Below, one piece after another: positions 17,158 to 26,167 of a stretch of 64,000 bases of DNA. The translations under genes were made by a program, and so were the position numbers. How positions within the stretch are numbered: the first letter of the stretch is position 1; each line of letters begins with the position of its first letter. The notes under the pieces were generated by a model. The model saw only the letters and a program-made list of their open reading frames with translations. It was not told the DNA's origin and searched no databases. Source of the DNA: Minisyncoccota bacterium (GTDB taxonomy: Bacteria > Patescibacteriota > Minisyncoccia > Phycocordibacterales > CAJBRS01). The stretch spans positions 64,682 to 128,681 of the forward strand of contig JADGRH010000003.1 of assembly GCA_017881075.1 (NCBI GenBank), in the 5' to 3' direction.

Positions 17158-17661
17158 GTGGAAAATGAGTTTAAGAATCTTGCTTTTATAGATGGACAGA
17201 ATCTGTATATGGGTACGTCAAAGCGAGAGATCGATCCGTGGGAAATTAACCTTACCCGATTCTGTGTATATCTGGATGAAAAATACAATGTCGGTAATGC
17301 CTATTATTTTTTAGGATATGTGCAGGAGGCAAATCAAGAACTCTACGAAGAAATACAAAAGGCTGGTTTCTTGCTAGTATTTCGAGAACATAATCCAGCG
17401 ATGATTGGGAAGAAAAAAGGAAATGTGGATTCAGATATTGTCTTTCATGTCATGAAAAATCTATACAAGAAAGAGAATTTTAAAAAGATAATCCTTGTTT
17501 CTGGAGATGGTGACTATAAATTACTGGTTGATTTTTTGATAGCAGAGAACCGATTCGAGAAGATATTGTTTCCGAATAGAGAATTTGCGTCTTCTTTGTA
17601 CAAGAAACTCGGTTCGGAATATTTTGATTACTTAGAAAATATAAAGACATATATCACATAA
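17158..17661 (+). CDS. NYN-domain (LabA/PIN-like) ribonuclease
   Basis: AFIDGQNLY, GNVDSDIVFHVM and ILVSGDGDY are the NYN acidic motifs. GTG start as in the ORF track. Confidence 0.8.
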   Translation: MENEFKNLAFIDGQNLYMGTSKREIDPWEINLTRFCVYLDEKYNVGNAYYFLGYVQEANQELYEEIQKAGFLLVFREHNPAMIGKKKGNVDSDIVFHVMKNLYKKENFKKIILVSGDGDYKLLVDFLIAENRFEKILFPNREFASSLYKKLGSEYFDYLENIKTYIT

Positions 17662-17823
17662 AAAGAAAAGGGCTCCTAAGGCACTTACACCTTTCGGATC
17701 CCTTTTCGTCTGAATATTTAAATAATATCGAAATCTGCGAATCTGTCAAACCAAAACTTCATAAATTCTTTATATGAAAGCACCTTTTATGTTAATATGG
17801 AATAAATAATCATCTTTAAACCT

Positions 17824-18138
17824 ATGCAAAATAAATACCCAATTTGGCACAGTTTGGGGCATGCGATATTGGTCTTTCTATATGTATCGGGAGTATCGTG
17901 GCTTATGTTCAATAGCCAAAATCTTTTCGGCCAAGTCAAAGATAGTTTTCTCGATCCGCTTGCCGTACTTCTTCTTTTTGTGCTCTCGGCCACTATTGTC
18001 GGCACACTCGTCCTCGGCCGGCCGATTCTCCTTTATTGGGATGGTAAGAAGAAAGAAGGTCTAGAGTTTTTTGGCCTGACCGTTCTATGGATGATCATTA
18101 TCACCACTATTGTCTTTATTTATCTTTTGGCTAGGTAG
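17824..18138 (+). CDS. small integral membrane protein
   Basis: 104 aa with 3 hydrophobic helices. Confidence 0.5.
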   Translation: MQNKYPIWHSLGHAILVFLYVSGVSWLMFNSQNLFGQVKDSFLDPLAVLLLFVLSATIVGTLVLGRPILLYWDGKKKEGLEFFGLTVLWMIIITTIVFIYLLAR

Positions 18139-18379
18139 AAATAAAAGGGTCAGGAGACATTTTTATGGATTGATTGATCCCAATAATCGAAAGGACCACA
18201 ATAAGGAGGACCAATATTCCTATACAGATGAACAGTTTCTTTTCTTCGAGCAAAATCCGTAAGATCTTCATAAAGATTTTATCACGGAATAAAAAGGGCC
18301 AGTTTTTTGACAATATAAGGATTCTGGATCCTAAGGGGATATAAAAAATAAAAAGCGCCTGATTGGGTAATGAATCCAA
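18131..18379 (-). CDS. possible small membrane protein
   Basis: Abuts the stop of 18380..18877. One clear TM (ICIGILVLLIVVLSIIG); the true start may be the internal MKILRILL. Confidence 0.3.
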   Translation of the reverse strand: MDSLPNQALFIFYIPLGSRILILSKNWPFLFRDKIFMKILRILLEEKKLFICIGILVLLIVVLSIIGINQSIKMSPDPFIST

Positions 18380-18877
18380 TCAAGCAACTTTGAATGTACG
18401 AGTCAGGAGCTCACAAGCAGCTGGCTTGCCGAAGTCAACGATTCGGATTGTTCCGTCGGAGTATCGACAATACTGCCTAGCTTCCTGCAGATCGGCGAGA
18501 GATGTGTCCACCCCTCCAATATTGTCCCATCCGTTCGGAAAACGCTCACGCACTTCCTCCAGAGTAACGGCTGTTCCTCGATCTTGGGTGGCGATCAGGC
18601 CGCCCCACATCAGACGGCGCATTGGCATCAGCCTGTCATCATGGGTTCTGAGGTACTGGCTATATTCCAACCGATTCCCCAGAATTCCATCCATGAAGCT
18701 GTGTTTAATGGAGGAACGGTAGCTGCCGAAACGTTGGATGTGTCGCCGACGTCTGTCTGCCGAAACTGCTAACCCGAGCAGCCTCTCAATGAGCCGAAGA
18801 GGGCGGAAAAAACCGATTCTTATAGCGCGATCTTCCAAAAGAATGACCACGCGGGTAGAGCCTTTCAGGATTTTCAT
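18380..18877 (-). CDS. hypothetical protein (GC-rich)
   Basis: 165-aa ORF. The opposite-strand ORFs are Arg/Ser-rich shadows. 'IRIVDFG' is reminiscent of a kinase DFG, but no other kinase motifs were seen. Confidence 0.5.
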   Translation of the reverse strand: MKILKGSTRVVILLEDRAIRIGFFRPLRLIERLLGLAVSADRRRRHIQRFGSYRSSIKHSFMDGILGNRLEYSQYLRTHDDRLMPMRRLMWGGLIATQDRGTAVTLEEVRERFPNGWDNIGGVDTSLADLQEARQYCRYSDGTIRIVDFGKPAACELLTRTFKVA

Positions 18878-18988
18878 CTGTAAAAATACTACAACTCTTA
18901 TTAGAAACAGTCAAATATGGGAAAAGGTGTAATGGTGTATGATGAAGGATCGTCACCTAAGGTAATTATTCTTTAATCATTTATTTAT

Positions 18989-19438
18989 ATGAACAAAGAC
19001 ATTAACGCCAAGGATCTAAAAAAAGAATCACCCCGAAGCGCTTACGAGACCATGGGAGGCTACGCCATTTTACCAAGAGCGATCGATAAAGGCCGTGCCA
19101 CCATTGCAGGAACGCAGTGGGAATATAATTTTGACTGCCCGGTGGATAATAAATTTTTAAGTTTTAGCGGTCTGAAAGGGGAAGATATGAAAGCGGTGCT
19201 CGCGAGCGGAGCGAGCGACGAAGAAGTGCTTGAATGGGTGAAGAAGAGTGCCACATCGCACACAGATGAAGAGATCAAAGAATGGTCCGATCATTTTCAC
19301 AGCGACTACTCCTATACCACCGATCCGGATAAAAGCGGCTGGTTTAGGGGAGAATGCGCTAAGTATGGTCTTGATCCCGACAAAACCACTCTGTTTGATT
19401 TTCTTGATGTAGATGACCGTGAGTCTCATAAGAGCTAA
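18989..19438 (+). CDS. DUF5069-like protein
   Basis: SPRSAYETMGGYAILPRAIDKGRA pattern recalled from DUF5069; assignment from memory only. Confidence 0.45.
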   Translation: MNKDINAKDLKKESPRSAYETMGGYAILPRAIDKGRATIAGTQWEYNFDCPVDNKFLSFSGLKGEDMKAVLASGASDEEVLEWVKKSATSHTDEEIKEWSDHFHSDYSYTTDPDKSGWFRGECAKYGLDPDKTTLFDFLDVDDRESHKS

Positions 19439-19474
19439 AGTTATATAATAAACGGCAAGATGAATAAATTAAAT

Positions 19475-19523
19475 GGACAGGTGCATTATTCATACATTAT
19501 TTAAAATACACCTGTCCCTTTTT
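19475..19523 (+). terminator. intrinsic terminator
   Basis: ggacaggtg / cacctgtcc stem followed by cttttt. Confidence 0.7.
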
Positions 19524-19527
19524 ACCC

Positions 19528-19791
19528 ATGAAAATCATCGTCAAGGCAAAACCAAAGGCGAAGGAGGAGAAAGTAGAGAGGGTGACCCCTCACCAAATTT
19601 CTTTGAATTTGAAATTTGGTGAGGGGGCTGAAATGGATGTCTATAAAGTTTCGGTCAAAGAGCCGCCGGTAGATGGACGGGCAAATGAGGCCATAACGAA
19701 AGCTTTGGCCAAGCATTTCGGCGTTTCTTTGTCTCAAGTCCGTCTGGTGTCTGGGGCGAGAGGAAAGAAGAAGATTTTTGAAATTAAGTAA
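19528..19791 (+). CDS. DUF167 (YggU-like) protein
   Basis: VKAKPKAK...V.V..PPVDGRANEAI...LAKHFGVSLSQVRLVSGARGKKK matches the DUF167 signature. Confidence 0.8.
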   Translation: MKIIVKAKPKAKEEKVERVTPHQISLNLKFGEGAEMDVYKVSVKEPPVDGRANEAITKALAKHFGVSLSQVRLVSGARGKKKIFEIK

Positions 19792-19811
19792 TAGGGATTA
19801 TCATTTAGAAG

Positions 19812-20462
19812 ATGAAAAACCTATTTTACAAATTGCCAGAGAATGTTGCCGCCTGTTTTAAGGGCCGTAATTTGCTGTGGCAAATTGCGGCAATTGTTTT
19901 GACTTATCTTTTAGTGGTGACGGGGGCGGATTGGGCTTACTTTCAACTTTTTCAGGGGAAGGGGATCTATCAATATCTTTTCTTGGCCGGACTTGTAGGG
20001 TTTCTGGTGCCGGTGATCTTACCGATAATCTTTTTACTGATTGGGGTAATGAAGAAGAACGGGAGATTATTGAATGCCGGATGGGGAATTGCTCAAGCGG
20101 AAATTCTGGCCTGGTGTTTATCCGCTTTTTATAAATTTTTCACCGGTCGGGCACATCCGAGCATGTCGGGAGTCAATACAGACATCACCCATGTTTTTAA
20201 TTTTGGTCTTGATCGCGGCGGCATCTTCTGGGGTTGGCCGTCATCGCACACCATCGTCGCCTTTGCCATGGCCAGCGCCATCGCCGCTCTATTTCCCGAG
20301 AAAATGGCCACGAAAGTCTTGGTTTTTATCTACGCTTTCTATATAGGCCTCAGTGTCGCCGGCAGCTTCCACTGGTTCTCCGATTTCATTGCTGGTGCCA
20401 TCATCGGTGCCATCGTGGGTACGGTGGTGGGCAGGAGTTTTCGAATAAAGCCGTTTTCATAA
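19812..20462 (+). CDS. PAP2-family membrane phosphatase
   Basis: The three PAP2 motifs: KFFTGRAHP, PSSHT, SFHWFSDFIAG. Confidence 0.8.
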   Translation: MKNLFYKLPENVAACFKGRNLLWQIAAIVLTYLLVVTGADWAYFQLFQGKGIYQYLFLAGLVGFLVPVILPIIFLLIGVMKKNGRLLNAGWGIAQAEILAWCLSAFYKFFTGRAHPSMSGVNTDITHVFNFGLDRGGIFWGWPSSHTIVAFAMASAIAALFPEKMATKVLVFIYAFYIGLSVAGSFHWFSDFIAGAIIGAIVGTVVGRSFRIKPFS

Positions 20463-20533
20463 TTCTTTTGTACCCTTTACAAAATCTTATTTTGTGTTAA
20501 TATGTAGGAAGACTTGAAAACTACATATTAAGA

Positions 20534-21133
20534 ATGAAAACTAACTCAACGAACCTTTTCCTGATTATTGTCGGTCTCGGTATTATGACCATCGGTCTAT
20601 TTCGAGAAGTTCCTCTAAAATTTGATCAACGTTTTTGGTGGAACACCGTTCCGCTAGCCGTGGTCTTTCTCGCCGTTATTACACTGGCTATTTATGTTGG
20701 AGGGATTAAATATTTCCTTGTCGGCATTGATGGAGCGGTGTCTACCTCGGCGACCTTCCTTCTGACTCTCGTTCTACTCATGCCACTCATTGGCTTTAGC
20801 GCTCCGGTCGCCCATCACTTTGAAGCGACTATTGGTCAGGCATTGAGCGGACCTTTCGGCTATGGATGGGGAATCATCAGCGCCTTTCTTACACCAGGCG
20901 GTAATGCTCTCTCCGGTGTGGTCAGCCGATTGTGGGCGGTTAATCACCACTTACGACCACTTCTTCTTTACTTTCTGACCACTGTGCCTCTTACTAGTTT
21001 GACGATCTACTATATTCGTCAGCTGGGACTTGGTCCGGAGATTGCCAAGGAGATGTACAAAGTCAACTGGATGGTAGCCATCTGGCTCATGCCGTTCTTT
21101 TGGGTCTGGGGCAGATACTTCTACAAGGTTTAA
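20534..21133 (+). CDS. integral membrane protein, unknown function
   Basis: 199 aa with about 6 hydrophobic helices. Confidence 0.55.
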   Translation: MKTNSTNLFLIIVGLGIMTIGLFREVPLKFDQRFWWNTVPLAVVFLAVITLAIYVGGIKYFLVGIDGAVSTSATFLLTLVLLMPLIGFSAPVAHHFEATIGQALSGPFGYGWGIISAFLTPGGNALSGVVSRLWAVNHHLRPLLLYFLTTVPLTSLTIYYIRQLGLGPEIAKEMYKVNWMVAIWLMPFFWVWGRYFYKV

Positions 21134-21253
21134 ATCCTTTTGCATCCGACTGTTCATAGGAACTATCGGATGTTTTTATTTAATATCGTTCGGAGTGTTA
21201 TAATTACACCTAAGACGAACTCTTGCCAGATAAAATATGCTAGACTTCTTTTT

Positions 21254-21715
21254 ATGATAATGAATCTGTCGGAAAACATGAAAGATGATAAGGAACGCCA
21301 AAAAGACGTCGGTTCTATAGATATTACTCGGGAGAAAGTTCTCGGTCTAATTAAAGACACTCCCAATTTTCAGAAAAATCTAGAGAGCATATTGGACTTG
21401 TTGGATAATCTAACTACGGGGATTAAAACTTTTGAAGCAGATGGATTTCCAGAAACAGATGATTATGTGGCCTTCCTTGACCAGACGTATGATGCGGCGA
21501 GCGATGTTTTTGAGGCATTAAAAAAACAATTTATGGAATTGCCTTGGGCGCCGGAATCGATGGAGAAATTAAAGACGATTATTGCTACCGCCCGTGAGGC
21601 CTTTCAAGGGGTAAAAGAAGAAATGCCGGAGGAATATGAAGAATTTGATATGACTCTTATCGATCTTGAGGTGATGGTAAGTGATCAGCTGGAGATGGCC
21701 GGGGAGCATGTCTAA
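21254..21715 (+). CDS. hypothetical acidic cytoplasmic protein
   Basis: The ORF-track start 21140 region is implausible; ATG at 21254 (MIMNLSENMKDD...). The stop overlaps the next gene's start. Confidence 0.45.
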   Translation: MIMNLSENMKDDKERQKDVGSIDITREKVLGLIKDTPNFQKNLESILDLLDNLTTGIKTFEADGFPETDDYVAFLDQTYDAASDVFEALKKQFMELPWAPESMEKLKTIIATAREAFQGVKEEMPEEYEEFDMTLIDLEVMVSDQLEMAGEHV

Positions 21716-22811
21716 TTCTTGGAAAAAACTATCTGATTGGTATTGGCGATATGAGCGACATCTCTCCTCGCTCGGTCTTATTGGTGGTTTCCTTTTTGAT
21801 ATTTTTACTTTGACCAGAATAGATCACGCTCTGGAAAATATTTGGGTGGGATTCCATCTATTGGTGGCGGCCTTCGGAATCTTAATGCTTAATCTTTATG
21901 AAGAAGGGAAGTTAAAAGCGAAAGTGCCGGGGCGTGCACATTTTTGGTGGACTTTTGTCATTCAATTTGCTTTCGGAGGATTATTCAGTGTCTTTTTAGT
22001 TTTTTATTCCCGAAGTACTTCCTTTTTCGCCAGCTGGCCATTTCTTTTACTACTGGCTCTGAATTTCCTGGCCAATGAACGCCTGCGCAAGCATTATGTT
22101 CGCACCGGTTTTCAAATGGCAATGCTTTTTCTCGGCATCTTCTTTTACGATATCTACATTGTGCCTATCATCTTCAAATCAATCTCGTCGGGAATCTTTA
22201 TTATCAGCGGCGTGGTCAGCTTGATGATAATGGGAATTTTTATTTTTATTCTTTCTCTGCTTACACCCAATCGGATCTGGAAAGAAAAATGGATATTGGT
22301 CTGGAGTATCGGCGGATCCTTCCTTCTGATCAATCTTTTATATTTCACCCATCTTATTCCACCCATCCCGCTCTCGCTAAAAGAGGCGGGGGTTTATCAT
22401 TTAGTTTCTAAGGATGCTAGCGGAACGGGCTACAATGTTTTAGAAGAATATCAGAACGGCCAGTCTTGGTTCCACTATTTTCTGCCGGCGGACACTATTC
22501 ATTTAGTGGTAGGCCAGCCAGCTTATGTCTATAGCGCCGTCTTTGCTCCTACCAATTTTGCTACTTCCATTGTGCACCGATGGCAATATTACTCCGATAC
22601 GGAAAAGAAATGGCAGACGGTAAGCCTTATTCCGCTCACAATTATCGGAGGCCGTGACGGGGGTTTCCGAACCTTTTCGTTAAAGACTAATCTCGCTCCA
22701 GGCAAATGGAGGGTGAGTGTGGAAACTACGACGGGGCAGGTGATAGGCCGGCTCGACTTTTTGGTCGAGCCGGCCGAATTTACCCCGCTCTTGAGGGAAG
22801 TGGCTAGATAG
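21708..22811 (+). CDS. membrane protein with C-terminal DUF2914-like domain
   Basis: ATG at 21708 overlaps the upstream stop (ATGTCTAA). Multi-TM N-terminal part; C-terminus ...GKWRVSVETTTGQVIGRLDFLV is typical of DUF2914. Confidence 0.6.
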   Translation: MSNSWKKLSDWYWRYERHLSSLGLIGGFLFDIFTLTRIDHALENIWVGFHLLVAAFGILMLNLYEEGKLKAKVPGRAHFWWTFVIQFAFGGLFSVFLVFYSRSTSFFASWPFLLLLALNFLANERLRKHYVRTGFQMAMLFLGIFFYDIYIVPIIFKSISSGIFIISGVVSLMIMGIFIFILSLLTPNRIWKEKWILVWSIGGSFLLINLLYFTHLIPPIPLSLKEAGVYHLVSKDASGTGYNVLEEYQNGQSWFHYFLPADTIHLVVGQPAYVYSAVFAPTNFATSIVHRWQYYSDTEKKWQTVSLIPLTIIGGRDGGFRTFSLKTNLAPGKWRVSVETTTGQVIGRLDFLVEPAEFTPLLREVAR

Positions 22812-22828
22812 GGTATGTTATAGATAAG

Positions 22829-23020
22829 ATGAAAAAAAGATACGAATTCCTAATCATATTAATTATCCTCGTTCTTATTATCGGCCTCGGTCTGTGGCGA
22901 GCCATCTCCCTCTCTCTTCCTCCCCCGAGTCTTCACCCCCTATCTTCCAAAACTTTTGTGCCACTAAGTCCACCGATTTATTCTACTTCTTCTACTCCAA
23001 ATGCCACCTCCACTATTTAA
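22829..23020 (+). CDS. small secreted/anchored Ser/Pro-rich protein
   Basis: 63 aa; N-terminal TM then a low-complexity tail. Confidence 0.35.
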   Translation: MKKRYEFLIILIILVLIIGLGLWRAISLSLPPPSLHPLSSKTFVPLSPPIYSTSSTPNATSTI

Positions 23021-23027
23021 TTTTTTA

Positions 23028-23414
23028 ATGAAAATTGACGAAGAATTAAAAAAAGAAAATCCGGAGCTCTATCATGTGGCCAGAGAGAAGGGAACCGAGA
23101 TGCCTTTCACCGGCAAATATGTTCACGCTACGGAAAAGGGAACATACAACTGTGCCGTCTGTGGCCAGCCGCTTTTCAATTCTGATGTCAAATTTGATTC
23201 CGGAAGTGGTTGGCCGAGTTTTTATGATGCTATTTCGGGAAGTATTAAAAAAGAAGAAGACAATAGTGGTGGGATGAGAAGAATGGAGGTGACTTGCTCT
23301 CGTTGTGGCGCCCACTTAGGGCATCTTTTTGACGACGCGCCGCAGACTCCCACTGGCGCCAGATACTGTATTAACGGAGTCTGTTTGGATTTGGAAAAAA
23401 ATGAAAATAAATAA
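23028..23414 (+). CDS. msrB: peptide-methionine (R)-S-oxide reductase MsrB
   Basis: CAVCGQPLF, GWPSF, CSRCGAHLGHLFDD, RYCING. Internal ATG at 23028 chosen. Confidence 0.9.
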   Translation: MKIDEELKKENPELYHVAREKGTEMPFTGKYVHATEKGTYNCAVCGQPLFNSDVKFDSGSGWPSFYDAISGSIKKEEDNSGGMRRMEVTCSRCGAHLGHLFDDAPQTPTGARYCINGVCLDLEKNENK

Positions 23415-24039
23415 ACTCGGACATTGCTGTCTAATAATAGAAGAAAACGGACTACGGATTTTAACTGATCCGGGCAATTACACTGAAAAACAAAATGAAG
23501 TGACCGGTATTGATATTGTACTCATTAGTCATGAACATAGTGATCACTATCATGTTGAATCGGTGAGAGCGGTAATGAAGAATAATCCGCAGGCGAAGAT
23601 TATTACCAATAGCGCCGTCGGTAAGATTCTGGATACAGAAGGTTTTATCTACACTATTATCGGTGATGGTCAGAGCATAACCGAAAAAGGAGTTTTGATC
23701 GAAGGTTTTGGAAAAGAACACGCTCCGATCTATAAAGATTTAATGATGGTGGAGAACACCGGATACTTAATCGCCTCACGACTTTATATTCCTGGTGACG
23801 CATTCCATAATCCGGCAAAGCCCGTGGAGCTTCTGGCTTTGCCGGTTGCCGGACCGTGGGTCAAAATTTCCGATTCAATAGATTATGCAATTGCCGTAAA
23901 TCCTAAAATTGTTTTTCCGGTTCACGATTCTAATTTACGAGTACTTGGCGGGGCGCCATACTATATTACTGAAGGAGTACTGGCAAAACACAGCATCAAA
24001 TTCTTACCCCTTGAAATTGAGAAGGAAACAGAGATATAA
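23401..24039 (+). CDS. MBL-fold metallo-hydrolase
   Basis: MKINKLGHCCLIIEE...ILTDPG and an intact ISHEHSDHY motif. ATG at 23401 overlaps the msrB end. Confidence 0.75.
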   Translation: MKINKLGHCCLIIEENGLRILTDPGNYTEKQNEVTGIDIVLISHEHSDHYHVESVRAVMKNNPQAKIITNSAVGKILDTEGFIYTIIGDGQSITEKGVLIEGFGKEHAPIYKDLMMVENTGYLIASRLYIPGDAFHNPAKPVELLALPVAGPWVKISDSIDYAIAVNPKIVFPVHDSNLRVLGGAPYYITEGVLAKHSIKFLPLEIEKETEI

Positions 24040-24046
24040 TTAATCC

Positions 24047-24349
24047 ATGGAAACCATCTTTGCTTACGGCACTCTGAAGGATCCCAAGGTCCAGCAGGAG
24101 GTGATAGGTAGAAAAGTTGTCGGCATGCCGGATCATTTGGACGGCTGTATTAAATCTCATTTTCAACACGGCACCCGCAAGACCTACCCGGTCATTCTTT
24201 GTTCTATTGAAGGGCATGGAGTGGATGGTCTGCTCTTTTCTGTGACGCCGGAGGAACTTACAAAAATTGACGAATATGAAAACGACATCTATCGACGGGA
24301 AAAAGTGACATTGAAGAGCGGCACTCCCGCCTGGGCATACGTTAAATGA
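24047..24349 (+). CDS. gamma-glutamylcyclotransferase (AIG2/GGCT-like) family protein
   Basis: N-terminal FAYGTL motif; about 100 aa. Confidence 0.7.
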   Translation: METIFAYGTLKDPKVQQEVIGRKVVGMPDHLDGCIKSHFQHGTRKTYPVILCSIEGHGVDGLLFSVTPEELTKIDEYENDIYRREKVTLKSGTPAWAYVK

Positions 24350-24434
24350 GAACATAGAAGGTTTTTTATTATATTTTTAATTTCTTTTCATCAGTCACCA
24401 GTTAAAATGGTGAATTATTATTTAATAATTCGCC

Positions 24435-25556
24435 ATGAATACAATCAAAGCAGGGGTTTTTCTTCTCGGTCTAATTCTTCTCGGGCTACCTCTTCCCTCG
24501 CTTGCTAGTTCCAAGATTACTGATTTCAAAGCTCGGCCGCCGGTGCATGTGCTCGGCGCACCGGCGGCCTTCCCCAAAGGTCTTTCTCCAGATCAGGTTA
24601 AAGGTGTTTACCATCTGCCGAAAACTGGCGGTCATGGAACCATTGCCATCATTGTAGCCTATGACGATCCGACTATTGAAAACGATCTAAATGTTTTTAG
24701 TCGAGCATTTAATTTACCGACCTGTACATATCAGAATAATTGTTTAGAGAAACATCCGATGGGCGAAAATCTTTCTTCCAATAAGAATTGGTCGCTCGAG
24801 ACCTCGCTTGATGTTGAGTGGGCACATGCCATAGCTCCAAGAGCAAAGATTCTTTTAATTGAATCAAAAACATCCGGCGGTAATAATCTTCTTGGAGCTA
24901 TTGATTATGCAAGAAGTCGTAGAGATGTGGTAGCTGTATCAATGAGTTGGGGAGGGGCGGAGTTTCCGAGTGAAGTTAATTTGGATTCTCAATTCCAAAG
25001 TTCATCTGGCGCCACTTTCTTTGCTTCTTCTGGCGACAACGGCGCCGGTGTAAGTTGGCCATCTGTTTCTTCAAATGTAGTATCTGTCGGTGGTACTTCT
25101 CTCGGGTTTTCTTTAAACGGGAATTTTCTTAAAGAAATGGCCTGGAGTGGAAGCGGTGGTGGGGTAAGTAAATATGAGAAAGAACCGACATACCAACTCT
25201 CTTACAATATCCCAAGATCAAATAGTATGAGATCTATTCCGGATGTTTCTTATAATGCCGATCCGGCTTCAGGCTTTTCGGTCTATCGAAGTGTTCCGCA
25301 TTCATTACAGTCAACTAAAAATTGGTACGTCATTGGTGGCACCAGTGCTGGCGCTCCACAATGGGCCGCCATAAAATCTCTTGGCCTCTCAGCGTCCAAT
25401 GAAAAGTTTTACACTGATAAAGCAGCGGATAACAATGCCTCATATTTTCGTGATATAACCAGCGGCACGAATGGCGATTGCACCTATTATTGTCAGGCCA
25501 GAAAACATTATGATTATGTTACCGGTCTCGGCAGTCCACAAACTATCTCTTTCTGA
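24435..25556 (+). CDS. secreted S53/S8-family serine peptidase (sedolisin-like)
   Basis: Signal peptide; IAIIVAYDDP...DLNVFSRAFNLP; serine motif GGTSAGAPQWAA. Confidence 0.7.
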   Translation: MNTIKAGVFLLGLILLGLPLPSLASSKITDFKARPPVHVLGAPAAFPKGLSPDQVKGVYHLPKTGGHGTIAIIVAYDDPTIENDLNVFSRAFNLPTCTYQNNCLEKHPMGENLSSNKNWSLETSLDVEWAHAIAPRAKILLIESKTSGGNNLLGAIDYARSRRDVVAVSMSWGGAEFPSEVNLDSQFQSSSGATFFASSGDNGAGVSWPSVSSNVVSVGGTSLGFSLNGNFLKEMAWSGSGGGVSKYEKEPTYQLSYNIPRSNSMRSIPDVSYNADPASGFSVYRSVPHSLQSTKNWYVIGGTSAGAPQWAAIKSLGLSASNEKFYTDKAADNNASYFRDITSGTNGDCTYYCQARKHYDYVTGLGSPQTISF

Positions 25557-25568
25557 TATAATCGCCAG

Positions 25569-26024
25569 ATGAAATTCAAGTCCATTTTGATCATTATTGT
25601 CGTTGTTTTGATTGTGGTGACGTTATCTTTTTTATATTTCTCTCATTCTCCCTCGCAACAAAAAAACTACGGATTTGAGCCACTTTCTATCGGACAGAGC
25701 ACTGTTAATGTAGAAATCGCCAACACCGAAGCTAAAAGAACTTTAGGCTTGGGTAATCGTTCCACTCTGTTAGAAAATAATGGCATGCTCTTTGTATTTG
25801 ATAAACCGGGTACCTATGGTTTTTGGATGAAGGATACGAATTTTCCGCTAGATTTTATCTGGATTGATGAAAATAAAAAAATTATTGACATCACCAATGA
25901 TGTTTTACCAGAAACGTACCCGAAAGTTTTCTATTCGTCCAGTCCGGTGCTCTATGTCTTGGAGGTAGGGGGTGGATGGGCCGAATCTCACGGAATCAAA
26001 ATTGGGGCAGAGGTTGGTTTCTAA
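25569..26024 (+). CDS. DUF192 domain protein
   Basis: N-terminal TM; MLFVFDKPGTYGFWMKDTNFPLDFIWID matches DUF192. Confidence 0.8.
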   Translation: MKFKSILIIIVVVLIVVTLSFLYFSHSPSQQKNYGFEPLSIGQSTVNVEIANTEAKRTLGLGNRSTLLENNGMLFVFDKPGTYGFWMKDTNFPLDFIWIDENKKIIDITNDVLPETYPKVFYSSSPVLYVLEVGGGWAESHGIKIGAEVGF

Positions 26025-26167
26025 AAATTGACGGCAAAAGAGCCCTATTTCCTAGGCTCTTTTGCCGTCGCCGTTTACATTTAAAAATTTTCATTTCCGT
26101 CTGAGGAATTTCCTTGCTTCGGTATAGAAATTCAGCTTTCATTGATGTAGAATGGTGGAATAAAGTC

